DNA of 64,000 bases from the human T2T-CHM13v2.0 reference genome, Homo sapiens. Every line of letters begins with the position of its first letter. Position 1 is the first letter of the stretch. The position numbers and the translations under genes were made by a program. Positions 11,766-24,611 of this stretch are shown here, piece by piece. The DNA is taken from assembly GCF_009914755.1 (NCBI RefSeq), contig NC_060937.1; one strand, 5' to 3'. The notes under the pieces are model-generated. The model did not search any database and was not told the origin of the DNA. It saw nothing but the letters and a program-made list of their open reading frames with translations.

Positions 11766-14700
11766 AATAAACTACTTAGTTTCTCTATCTTCTAGTTAGG
11801 ACTAGGATTTCCTGGAGTTTGTCATTCTCTCTTTAGTACCTTGCACTGGCAATATTTCTACTGCTGTCACTAAGTTATGCTTACTAAGGTAAAAGTCGGT
11901 CTCTCTTTCTTGGTTCTGCTGGTCAAAATGAGTCCATGTTTTTGAAAGGTAGAACTCATTGTTAAGACCGTATCTCATTTATCTTTCTTATCGTCCTAGG
12001 TTTAACCCAATACTTTGTAAAGAGTGAATGTTTGATACATTTTTTTGTTGTTGTTAGTGGTGACAAATTTACCTACATAGATGTGTATGATCTGATTGGG
12101 AACACTTGAGAAATAAGACATAAACTTTTAAGCAACCAATAAAATCAAGATACAGTTAAAACTGCAAAGTGCTTCTTAAAGAAAAATTACCTCTAAATGT
12201 TTTGTGTTTTAAGGAATTGGTGTACTGATCCTTCACATTTTTAAGTGGAAATCTTTTATTCTTGCTTAGAAAACAATAAGTCATAACACAAAGAGAGGAC
12301 ATGATGAAAAATCATATATGACCATGCACAGTCAAATATATATGTTTAAAATACCAATTATCTCACCATTTTTGAAGTCAATGGTTTTCTACTTGAGTCA
12401 ATAGTTTTCCATTTATTCTCCAATTCTGTTCAATAGTAAACGGCTAAAATGGACCTTATTTGAGTTGCCTGGCAGAGGGACACTCATCTTAAATGTAGAT
12501 AAGATACTCAATTTTCCATTCTGGGCACTATTATCAAATCTGTATTATTTTTTAAATGTAATTTGAGTTTGCCATGGTTTATGCAGTCTCATTGTCCTTC
12601 CTAGCTTCTCTCCATGGATAACCCAACTTCATCTATCATTTCTGCAATCACAAACCAGGCTGCAGCAGCTACTTCTAAGCATACCACTTTCACTTTTCAC
12701 ACTTCTCTTGGAGTTGCCTATAGCTGATATGTGTAACTAACTACTTAACTTCCATTTCTAGACATGGAAATTAGCTTCTGGACTGGATCCAAGTGAGTCA
12801 AATTATTTTTTAGACCCTCATTAAGACTGAGTTGAATGAGATTAACAAGAAAAAAGTTTACTAGTTTTTTCTTTCATCCTAATGAAAATTTTTTTGTAAG
12901 TATAAAAATGGTGAACAATACCAGTTGGAATAAAACTTGAAATGTCATCTGTAGGTTGATGGAAAACTCACAGCAAATTTATAAATGTAGTTGTAATTAT
13001 ATAATTAAGTAGTTATGCTTTGCACTAAAGATCAATCTCTTGATCATTTTTTTGAGATTACCATGAGCTATTTTACATTTTACAACTCAATAATAAAGAT
13101 GAAGTAGCTAAAGAATACACATTATATCTTATCTTGAAACAGGGAGACTGTTTCTACTTATCAGAACTAGAAGTTCACGGCCTAAAGAAAATATTTATGT
13201 GCTAAGCACACACAGAGAGAGATACCCAAATTTAATTTAAATACTTGGCAAATACCAAGAATCACTGTCTGATAGACACTTCATAGGTTTCACAGTCTGC
13301 TCAATGTCTTTCTTCTATATTTTCAGATTGAGCCCAGCAAAAAAAGTTTCCAATAGGCATATACAGTATTCTACAATATTTTTTCATTTATTAAAAATAG
13401 CAGGGAATATCTGGGAACTGTCTCATGGTAGCAAATTCTTGCTGATATTGAGGGGGGAAAATCCATTTTTGGTTTTGTGGTTTGCAAAAAGAAAAAAAAG
13501 ACATAATTTGATTTAACATACTTATTGTATCTATGCCCTTATTTTATTTTATTTTTTGCCTTACGAATTTTTTTCTATATAGTTTCTCTTTCTCCCATAA
13601 ATGAAACAAAGTTGGCATCACTAAACATTTTAAATAACTGGAAAAATCACAATTTAGGTATGGTTACAATCATGTTTTAGAGGTTTTCCAAATATTATAC
13701 CTAAAAATGATATTTAGATTAGATTTTATCTGTTTTAAAAATGAAATTACAATATAGCACCTACGTTTAAATGCTTAAGCCCACCAACATGGTCATATGT
13801 ATGGTGCAGGTTAATATTTTTTTATGTGTACCTCAGAATATAATTCCTCCTGTCATCTCTATGCACATACCTGAACTGCTAGCAAATGGGTCATTTATTA
13901 GGAAATGTGTAACACTGCAGTTTTTTTTAAATATATATAGGTTAGCCTTATATATATTGGTCATGAAAAACTGGTACAGGTTGAACACTAATACCTCACA
14001 TGTGCGCCATGGACTATTAAACATCAAAACATCCAGCAAGGCTGGTGTTTGTTGGCTGGGCACGTGATCTTCTCTTGCACATTCCTGAGGGAGCCCGAAT
14101 CGATCTCACTGTGATGACAAAGGATTAAAGACAGCTTTAGATTTAAGCTTGGAGTGATACTTTTCTCCATTTATTGACAAATCCTTTGAGCAGTTTTTAG
14201 ATCTCTTGGTCTTAACATTTTGACACAAAATATTCTATTGTTTTATTTTTAGCCTTTCAAATTATTTGCATTCAAGATGACCCTGAGATTGTGAAGCAAG
14301 TCGATAAAACACAGAGACTATTGTTGACTATTTACATATGGAAACCAAGAGAGATGTTTTCCATTTTATACAACCAAAACGAAAGATGAAGAGATTTAAA
14401 TCTTTGGAAAAATACTCAACGCAGAGGCATAGCTAAGGTTAACAGCTTGGGAAATATGACAGGGGTAGGGTCTGGGGAAGTATCGAACAGAAAAAAAAAA
14501 AAGAACCACAATATAAAGAATATATAGATAATGTCAAAAAAATTTTAAAATATATGCCATGGTTAAGGCAGTGACATTTTCTTAAATGTTATCTCTCATG
14601 TTTAGGGGAGTATTTATCATGTTGCTGAAAGGTGAACAAAAGGGTATATCAAGATTTTAACAACACAGAAAATGATATTTGTTTTGGTTTCAAAGTTACT

Positions 14701-15687
14701 CAAACCCCCAAATTTTACTTTTTGAAATCTAAAAAGATCTCTTGAAAAAAAAACAGAATTATATATTTTTTATTTCAAGTTCATTGAAATAGTTTCTTTA
14801 GGCATTAGTTGTCTTTAAAATAAAACAAACAAACAAAAGCAAAACCAAACAAACTCTAAGAATTTTGAAAGTGTAGTAAAGTGAGAGATTGGGCTTTAAA
14901 AATCAAATTAATTGCTACCTTAATGAGATAATAGGAAAGAGTTTAGCAAGCAAGCAGAAATGCTCTAAGGTTGCATTCATCCAATAATGTTTTCGTATTA
15001 TGGTAGCAGTAACTTTAAATACATTTCAAGACTGTTAAAATGTAGGGTTTTAAATGTTACCAAATGGTAAAAAGTAGAAGTTTAGAATTTTACTGATCAA
15101 ATACTTTTTGAAATGGAAAATATTGTAGAAATCAGTCTTACGGTCTCAGTTGGGAAGGGAAGACTTCTAAGTGTTTCCTCAGGGCTTCTATATCATTAGT
15201 AAAATTTAGAGGTTTAAAAATCAACCACATGCCCTGGCCGGGCTCCTTCTTTTACACAAAAGAGTTTCCACCTGCCCTCCACTTGTTTCCAGCCATGAAA
15301 GTCTAGACAAAGACTGTTTCATTCCATGTATTCTGGATTTTTCACATTTTCAATATTCAAGAGACAGAATCTTAAAATATATCATTAAGAATGATTGCCT
15401 GGAGGTTGCCATCAACTTAGGCTGAAGCTATTTAGTAGTTTGAGGTCTTTAAAATGAACACTATGAACAACAAAAAGCAGTGTTAAAAATGTCTTTGAAA
15501 TCTATACCAAATAAATATTTTGATAAGCTTTCTAGGAAATTACCCAAAGGGAATAATATATACTTATTTTTTAGTTAAACTTAAAGCCTTAATGACCCCT
15601 CAAAATGAAAACTTAAAACTCTGCCCCTAACGTTTCACCTTACTCGATTAAGTTCATACGACAGGACTCGAAATATTCTAAGACTGA

Positions 15688-15914
15688 GCTGAGTGCAGTG
15701 GCTCACGCCTGTAGAGAGCTTGGGTCTGTTGGCAGGTGGGGGAGGAAAAACTAGGTATGATCACCTGCATTTCTAGCTATTAGGGAGCAGGTGGCAGGAT
15801 CCCTGGAGTTTAGGATTTACAGGCTCCAGTGAGCTATGATAGCGCCAGTGTTCTCCAGCCAGGGCAACAGAGAGAGAACCTGTCTTTAAAGAAGGAAAAG
15901 AGAAAGAAGAAAAT
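15688..15914 (+). mobile_element. AluJ with most of the left arm deleted or replaced
   Basis: gctgagtgcagtggctcacgcctgta start. J-type right arm cagtgagctatgatagcgcca...gggcaacagag. 15 bp TSD aa(a/g)tattctaagact at 15671-15685 and 15915-15929. Confidence 0.8.
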
Positions 15915-16966
15915 AAGTATTCTAAGACTAAATTACCTGAAATTGAATACCATTTTGTCTTATAAACATTGTTTTTAAAATAATTATAAAGTATAAATGC
16001 CATAGATAATGATGTAAAATAAAGGGTTAACGGTGGATTATCTATATACACAAACGTACGTCCCTTAAAAAAAGTGTAAAGACAAAGGAAAAAGATAAAA
16101 CAGTATGAGAGTAATTTGATCTAGTTGAAAGATGACCAGCAATGACATTAAGTCACAAAGGAATTGAACTTGAAGGAAACAATATACATTTCTTAACAAT
16201 TAGCAATTAAAGCACACAATAAAAGTGGCATCACTTTATCATCTTTCATTGTATGAAAACACTAATACCAAACATTAAGGAGTCACATAAACTATTAATA
16301 ATGCACTTAAAAGAACTGAAGTGGGAGCATAAACAAAGATATCTATGGCAGCTCATTCCCGGGTGCTGGCTGATGCCTCTCATAGGGTCTACTGAAATCA
16401 ATTTTAGAAAGAAATTCTTTGCTCTCTAGTATAATACATGTACTTAACCACAGGAAACCTTTTAAATAAACAGGGTGCTTATGTGTCATTATTCACACTG
16501 TGTAGCCACAATCCAGCATCAGAGAAAAGCAAAGAGCTGACAAGACATACTTATATAAAAAGAATGATATCTTGTGATGGAAGACATGATATATTCTCAA
16601 AATACATATACACCAGCTTTAAATGGGAGGCCAAAATAACGGAAAGAAAGAATGAGGTTTCGATTGAGGATGCTTAGATAAGAAAAGCGCAGAGCCCCCT
16701 TTCCTGGGTCAAGTTGCTTTTCAGTGCCAGCTCACCTTTGTCAACTTCCTAGGTCAAATGTCATGGGAAAGGAAAATAATGATCCAAATCAGTAACTTTA
16801 AATGATAGAATAAATAGAGAAAACAATTGGCTGAGAGAAAGCTGACTCGATTGTAACGTTTAGCTACTAGAGAAGATGAAAGTTCAAAGAACTTAACATG
16901 AAGTGTAAGGAGATAATAAGTTTTGCTCATTGTTAATTTGTCTCATGATTCTGTCAATGCGTACTG

Positions 16967-16976
16967 GTCACGTGAC
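16967..16976. promoter_or_regulatory. Perfect palindromic E-box GTCACGTGAC (CLEAR/USF-type motif); function untested
   Basis: Exact 10-mer in apparently non-repeat sequence. Confidence 0.35.
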
Positions 16977-17444
16977 TTTCACAAGGAAAATGCGTTATTC
17001 ACCACAGCAGATCATCTTCCTCATTAAAAACCAAAGGTACAATGTGGGTTACTGTGACTTTTAGAACTTCTAAGGGCCTATACTAGAGAACTTCATAGTC
17101 AAGTTTTCTAGATCAAGTAAATAAATACATATGCATATATATATATGTTCATATTGTATACACCAAGTAAAAAAATTCATACATATGTATTCACATTCTC
17201 CTTTATATAAATTAAATATGTTCATGTATATATACATATACATCTTTGCCTTTAAATATTATTTGTGTTATTATTTTAAATACCTTTGGCATAAACTTTT
17301 GTTCAACCTTACTATTTTAAAATGAAACTACACACCCCCATCCTGGTACTTACTTTGCATTATTTTTTTCTATATTTTCTCATTAAGAAAACATGGAGAA
17401 AGAGAAGAAGGAGTCTCCCTAACTTTCCATTTTCAGGCTAATTA

Positions 17445-19265
17445 AATTATAGACCAATGGGATAGCATAGAGAGCCCAGAAATAAATCCACGTGCTATTC
17501 ATTTTTGACAAAGGTGCTGAGGATATACAGTGGGGACAGGACAGTCTGTAATAAATGGTGCTGGGAAAACTGGATATTCATATGCAGAAAAGTGAAACTG
17601 GATTCCCATCTTTCACCATATACAAAAAATGATTCAAAATAGATGAAAGGCTTAAATGGAAGACCTGAAACTACGAAACTACTAGAAGAAAACACTGGGG
17701 AAATGTTATGGGACACTGGTTTTGGCAAGATTTTCTGGGATAAGACATCAACAGCACAGGCAACGATTGTAAAATACACAAATTGGATTACATCAATCCA
17801 AAAAGCTTCTGCATGGCAAAGGACACAACAAAGAGACAACTCACAGAATGGGAGAAAATGTTTGTGAACTGTTTTATTTAACAAGGGATTTATAAGCAGA
17901 ATGCATAAGGAATTCAAAGTGCTCAGCAGCAAAAAACAATCTAATTACAAAGTGGGCAAAAGACCTGAATAGACATTTCTCAAAAGAAGACATACAAATG
18001 GCCAACAGCTAGATGAAAAATTGCTCATTATCACCGAGTCATGGAAATGCAAACCACAACCACAGTGAGATACCATCTCACGCCAGTTAGAATGACTAGT
18101 ATCAAAAAGACAAAAAATGAATACTGGTGAGGATCCTAAGAAAGGATTTTACACAGTTGGTGGAAATGTGAAGTACTGCAGCCATCAGGAAAAGCAGTAT
18201 GGAGGTTCCTCAAAAAAAACAAAAAATAAATCTAACATAATTCATCAATCCCACTGTTGTGTATAAATTCTGAAGAAAGGAAATTAGTATTTTGAAGAGA
18301 TGTATGTACTCTCTTGCAGCATTGTTCACAATTGTCAAGATATGGAATCAACCTAACTGTTCATCAATGAATCAATGGATAAAGAAAATGTGTACATATA
18401 CACAATGGAATATTATTCAGCCATGAAAAGAATAAAATTCTGTCATTTGTAGCAACATGGATGAAACTGTAGGTCACTGTGCTAAGTGAAATAAGCCAGG
18501 CACAGAAAGATGAGTATCACATGTTCTCATTCTCATGTGGGTGCTAAAAAAGTGGATTTCATTGTGTTAGTCCGTTTTCACACTTCTGATAAAGACATAC
18601 CCAAGACTGGGCAGTTTACGAAAGAAAGAGGTCTAATGGACTCACAATTCCACGTGGCTGGGGAGGCCTCACAATCACGGCGGAAGGTGAAAGACACCTC
18701 TTACGTGGCGGCAGACAAGAGAAGAGTGACAGCCAAGCAAAAGGGGTTTCCCCTTATAAAACCGTCAGATCTCACGAGCCTTATTCACTACCGCTGGAAC
18801 AGTATGGGGGAAACCACGCCCATGATTGAATTAGCTCCCACTGAGTCCCTCCAACAACACGAGGGGATTATGGTAACTATAATTCCACATAAGATTTGGG
18901 TGGGGACATAACCATATCGCTCAGGAAGGTAGAGAGTCAAATGGTGGTTAGCAAGGGCTGAGAAAGGAATGAGGAGGGGGAGACGAAGATAAGTTGGTTA
19001 AGGGGTACAAAAATACAGGAAGATAGAAGGAACAAGACTCAGTATTTGCTAGTAGGTAGGGAAATTATAGTTTACAATAATTTATTGTATATTTCAAAAC
19101 TCCGAAAAGAATTAAAGAATTAAAATGTTCTTAGCACTAATAAAAATGTTTGAAGTGATGCATAGTCCAATTACCTTGATTTGATTGTTACACAGTGCAT
19201 ACAAATATCGAAATATCACATGTATCCTCAAAATATACACAACTATTGTATATCAATTTAAAAAC
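17445..19265 (+). mobile_element. L1MA (about L1MA3-5): 3' part of ORF2 plus 3' UTR, interrupted by THE1
   Basis: gagagcccagaaataaatccac, ORF2 remnant (LNGRPETTKLLEENTGE at 17643-17867), gaagacatacaaatggccaacag, and an L1MA-type 3' UTR ending atatacacaactattgtatatcaatt. Confidence 0.9.
18563..18919 (-). mobile_element. THE1B/THE1C LTR nested in L1MA
   Basis: tgtgttagtccgttttcac...gataaagacatacccaagactggg...gatttgggtggggac...ccatatc. Degraded 5 bp TSD ttcat/ctcag. Confidence 0.9.
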
Positions 19266-20919
19266 ACTGAAAAGTAAGTCTCTGTCTCAAAAAATAAATA
19301 AAATGAAATATATAATAGGTAGTATTGTAGCATGCAGTTCACTGAGTTATTTTGTCCAAAGACAGTAAGATTTTGTTTAGACCATATGAATGATACTCTC
19401 AATTTTATAAACTAGACTTTTAAAATATAAATCACAATGCTTAAAAAATGTATTTGTGGCTTTCTGAACAGCCTCTATAATACTTAGGCATATATGCTCT
19501 CTCTATGGAGGAAAATATTACATCAAATAGCATTTTTTTAAAGAGGGACAAGAAAGTGTGTTTTAGACATCTGTTTTTATAAGTTAAATCACTCACCTAA
19601 CCTTGATGGATCCACTCTTAAGGATCAAACTCTTCTGATTTTAAAGAGAATTACTTTGCTTTCCTAATTCACGGCTGTTTCCTATCTAATTGCCAAGATT
19701 TTAAAAAGAAAGAATTGTGAAAATTTCCACACTGCTTTGGAAGAAGATGTAATCATGGATCTCCTCCAGCAGCTAAAAAGTGGCCTATAACCTAATTGGA
19801 AATTCTTGCATAGAGGAATTTCCTTTAAATAGTAATGAGTTAAATATCTTTGTGTGTGTGTGAACAGCTGTAGAGTGTTAGCAAGAGTAGTTGCACTTTA
19901 TTTTCCCAAAATTTGTGCTAAGTGCTATTCCGATCACAAGTTTAGTTGATAAAATCAAGTTGAAGTGGAAACTAAGATAGATATACAAGCACAGTATAAC
20001 TCATGAACCAATAGCCTTCACCTTAAAGTTATTATTTTTATAATGTGCGTATAGAGAATATTCACTTTTTCCATGACTCATAATTGACAGGGCCTTACCT
20101 TTCTAAGGGAGATTAGACAACACAGTCTAATTAGTTCCATAGCTGTTTGAGGCAAAAACTATCAGAGTATAGATACTGCACTAATTCTACTTTACTTTTA
20201 AGGGCATTAGGACACTTTTGAAGACAAAAGAGCATCTTGTGTGTTTGTGTTGTAGTTTATTGCACGGAGCATTTTCAGGTGGAAATGTTTTTGCTATTTT
20301 CAGCTTGTTATTAAGTGCTTCTTCCCTGGATGCCAAGGTAGGCACAGAGTCTACCTTTTAGTGATTGGGACAGTGCCATGTCCTATAAATGCAGCCACAT
20401 GATGGTGTGAGGTCTAAAGGCTTGCTTCTTTTACATTCTGATGGCTTATATTACACCAGTAAGACTAAAAACAACAGAAAAGCAAAGAAAGGGAGGAGAA
20501 TTTAGAAGCACCTTCTTTCCCCTCCTGAAGCAGAGCACCGGTGGCCTGGGTTTCCGACAACGGCATGAGCCCTAGCATCATCACCTATGAAGAATATTGT
20601 GGTTTGTTCAATAGAGATAAAGCACAGCGTATCCCCAAATGTTCACACTTTTTGTCTGCCTTCTCTGTATATTTTCCAAGATCTTTATTACTACCATGGC
20701 TTTCTCTTTTCTCGGCAGATCTGACAGAGGTTGGGCATTGTTACTTGGTGATGATGATGCTACTTCTTTAGGACTCACCAACTCCCATGAGAAAAGCCTG
20801 TACATCTGCTGAGGCTCAGTAAACACAGCCGGGCGGCAATAATAAGGGATGTCCGGGGGGCCCCGCCAGGCCTGCTTCTCTTTCATTCCACGAGATTAAG
20901 TACCCAGTGGTTCCCAATA

Positions 20920-21300
20920 CTCACCATGCTTTATGTCTCAGTCATCTTTTTCCTTGAATATTCACCTGCAAAATACTTATTCCTTTTAAGGTCTCTTCTG
21001 GGAAATGGGTAATCTACCTTAAGTTTTCCAGTTACTTTTCTCATTTCACATTGAACGTGTGCATTGCTATGGATACCATCACTCAATAGTGTTACTCTTC
21101 TTAAATATGTTTTATTTACTTAACAGTACTCAAATATATAGTATTGCTAAATAAACTTACACTGTATATTTATCAGTCATAATACACCAGGTATTTTTTC
21201 AGGACCTCTCTTTGACACCTTGTCTTTTAATATTTGCATCCTCAGGATCTAGCACTGAGTGTGGCCCCTAAAAATTGTTCAGGAAATACTTGCAGAATCT
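20920..21300 (+). mobile_element. L2 3' region, very diverged
   Basis: Ends ttgtcttttaatatttgcatcctcaggatctagcactgagtgtggc...ttcaggaaatacttgcagaat, resembling the L2 3' terminus. Confidence 0.5.
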
Positions 21301-21593
21301 GTTAAGATCACTTGCATCACCAGAGTCTCTGTTTGGCTTCTAGCAATGGTTTCTTCCACTCTACTGAAGATTTAGACCTCTTTGCCCTTTTCTTGGGGCC
21401 TTTGAGAGTTGGGATTTTTAAGATTGAATACATAATCATCCAATGAAACTGTTGTTTTATTTTTCTTTTATTTTGAGTTTTGCAGTTTACAAAAATGGAA
21501 TTTCAAAGAGACTCTAGTGAACACAAAGAAAAAGAATTTCTCTACCGGCTTGTTTTTCAGATTCTTATTATTATTTTAGAGATGTCCTTCTGA
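21157..21593 (+). repeat. Local duplication, copy 1 (~437 bp)
   Basis: Colinear with 24174-24611, about 90% identical by eye. Confidence 0.95.
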
Positions 21594-22105
21594 GAGAAGG
21601 AAAAAGTGTGTTCTCAATAGGACTTAACACATCAAAGCAATAATCTACAACTCACCCATATTAATAGGAATGGACGAAATTAATTCAGATTCATTGACAT
21701 TTGTATTTAAATATATTGTAGAATTCGATTGTCATACTCTTAACTGCTAAATTACATATTCCTTTAATACTAAAATACCTAAGACATTTTAGATAGATCA
21801 GAATTCAATGGTAGGTTATGTAACTACTCTAAAATTAAAGCCTTGCTCCAGATAACCTAAATGCTGATAAATGATAGCTAAATTGCTCTCACTCATCACC
21901 TTTAAAGACCCGGAATATTAAAATATCCCGAGAAGGCTGTGAATCTCAGTCCGAAATCACAGACGTGCAAGCATATTTCATTCTGAGTTTTCTATGGCAT
22001 CAATTTAAGTTTGAGCTTAATACAATAATGTTTTGATTTCAGAGTCTTATGAAATGCCAAAGCATGTGTCTGTGTGTGTGTTTTGGGCTACGGACAAGGG
22101 AGGGC

Positions 22106-22458
22106 TGTCTCAGTCACTTCGGACTGCTAGAACACATTACCTAGACTGTGTGACTTAGACAACTGAAATTTATTTCTCACAGTTTTAATGACTAAGAAGT
22201 ACAATATTATGATGCGGGCAGATTCACTGTCTTGTGAGGCCCTCTTCCTGGTTTGTAGGCAGCCTCTTCTCACTGTGTTCTCACAGAGTGGAGAGCGGCA
22301 ACAGAGAGCAAGCTCTGACATTTCTTCTGAAGAGGGCACTAATGCCATTCATGAGGACTACACTGTCATGATCTAATGACCTCCTAATACCATCACATTG
22401 TGGGGTTAAGAGTTTAACACAGGAATTCTGGGAAGACACAGGCATTCAGTCTATAACA
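22106..22458 (-). mobile_element. MLT1A0 LTR
   Basis: gaaatttatttctcacag...gcagattcactgtcttgtgaggccctcttcctgg...gggcactaatgccattcatgagg...cattcagtctataaca. Confidence 0.88.
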
Positions 22459-23734
22459 GAGGTCATTTGTTGTCTGTTCACTGCAATATCACAATAACAT
22501 CCACTTATCCCTTGCCTTACAGGTCCTATGGAACTCCCAGCTTCTCTCTCTTTCTGCGCCATATTGGTGACCTTACATTTCTGTGAGGTCCTATCTACTT
22601 TGATTACCTACTCACTGCCTTCCTTGTCCACCAGTCAAAAGCTATACCTGGGTCTGCATTTCTCGGCCCTCTCTTCTCTTCCTCCTTTACCTAAATCATT
22701 CCTCTCTCTCCGATCTTCTTACATCAAGTGCACCTGCTTTTTCCCAGTGAACTGCTTTTTTTTCCATTGCACCTCTTTAAATATTGTACATTCACTTATA
22801 CAGTCTTAGAGTTTGGAAAACATGTGAGAAACACTTTCAAATAACTTTGGCCTCTTTGGAAAAAGAAAATGAAAAGAATGCTAAATGAAAACAATGAATG
22901 TTTTAAGGCAGTATTCATCCACCGCTGAAATGGAAGTTAGACAGAGATTAGCTTTCTGGTCTAAATCTCAGCTTTTGTCCGGCTGGCTGGTGCTATTCAT
23001 TTCCTGTTTGCCCCACACCAGTGCACTCCAGTTACCAGAACGGCAAGAGGGGATGTGTTCCAGAAACAGAGGGGGAAATAGTAAAACAAATGTGTGCTCC
23101 AATTACTTATTTTTATTTCTTGGATTCTAATACATCAAGTATATTAAACAATCAGATAGATTGGAGATGAAATTCAATAAATGTATCACAAAAATATGCC
23201 TGCTGCTTTGCATTTTCACTAATATAAAAATTAGTAATTTCTAAATAACTGTTGAACAATTTTTACCTCTTCCAACTTTGTTCTTTCAGTTTAGCACATG
23301 ACTTCAACTATCTTAAACACAGCTAAACATTACAGAAACAATGTTTAAATTTTTTAGAAAAGTTAATTTTGCCCTGCAAATAAAAATATATTGTAGATGA
23401 CTAAATCTAATTTAATTGTTTGAAGTCTCATCTTATTTAATCAAAATCAGGTACCAAATTCCTACAAGAGTGGAGTTTGTCCCATAATCTGGATGGATGG
23501 ATGTATTCTAAATTTGTTCACAAGGGTATCTGAGAAGATATAAATAGATCAGTGGGTTAAAAAAAATAACCATCATTGTCTGGAAAATTGCTAAAAATAC
23601 ATTCAACAAAACAATGGGCAATAGCCCAGTAGTTTATTCTTAGAAGAACGGCACATTTATTTTTTGTGTAGGACATAAATGAAGGGCTCAAGTAACTTCC
23701 AGCTTTTTTAAGAAGTTATTGAGGAATCAAAATA

Positions 23735-23940
23735 CCATAGAGTAGTAGTTAATAAGTCCATCTGTGCTCCAAACCTGGCCAGGTCACTTTATGTGACGCT
23801 ATTTAGTTTCTTTGTGTATCAGTTTTCTCATTTTTAAAATGGTTAATAAAATGAATTTATCATATAGCTTGTAAGAGTAAAGGAGCTAATACAAGTAATG
23901 TGCTTAGAACAGTAAATTCCATGTAAAAGTCAGCTGTTAA
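23735..23940 (+). mobile_element. MIR
   Basis: tcagttttctcatttttaaaatgg...gagctaatacaagtaatgtgcttagaacagt. Confidence 0.7.
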
Positions 23941-24173
23941 TAGTCTAACCAGCATTAAGAATCATCTGCAGAAAAAAAAAATGGGTCAGTGTTACTGAGC
24001 CTTCTGTAAATAAAGGAAGTGTCACTAAATGAAAACCTCAACTTGTCTGTGTGGACTGCGCAGCATTAAAATCCTTAAAAGTGACTACGGCTCCTTTGTT
24101 CTATAGTTAGAATTGCACGTAAGTCAAGACTTCTCTACATGTGTGTCTCACCTATGGCTCTGTTTCTCGTATA

Positions 24174-24611
24174 TTACATTGTATATTTGTCAGTCATAAT
24201 AGACCAGGTATTTTTTCAGGACCTCTCCTTGACACCTTGTCTTTTAGTATTTGCATCCCCAGGATCTAGCACTGAGTGTGGCCCCTAAAATTTGTTCAGG
24301 AAATACTTGGAGAATCTCCTAAGATCACTTGCGTCACCAGAGTCTCTGTTTGGCTTCTAGCAATGGTTTCTTCCATTCTACTGAGCATTTAGACCTCCTT
24401 GACCTTTTCTAGAGGCTCTTGAGAGCTGGGATTTTTAAGATTGAATACATAATCATCCAATGAAAATGTTGTTTTATTTTTCTTTTATTTTGAGATTTGC
24501 ACTTTTTAAAAAATGCAGTTCTGAAGAGACTATAGAGAACATAAAGAAAAATAACTACTCTACCAGCTTGTTTTCCAGATTCTTCTTATTATTTTAGAGA
24601 TGGCTTTCTGA
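24174..24611 (+). repeat. Local duplication, copy 2 (~438 bp)
   Basis: Colinear with 21157-21593, offset 3017 bp. Confidence 0.95.

Noticed and set aside
14253-14465. Possible plus-strand exon after the acceptor-like ttttatttttag
   Set aside because: The one frame I translated stops after ~45 codons with no recognisable protein, and the donor sites are weak. It cannot be supported without transcript data.
17495-18911. ORFs of 145, 74 and 133 aa
   Set aside because: They derive from decayed L1 ORF2 (sense and antisense) and an L1/THE1 junction.
20521-20886. GC-richer patch with a few CpGs and two overlapping ORFs
   Set aside because: Too short for a CpG island, and the peptides resemble nothing I recognise.
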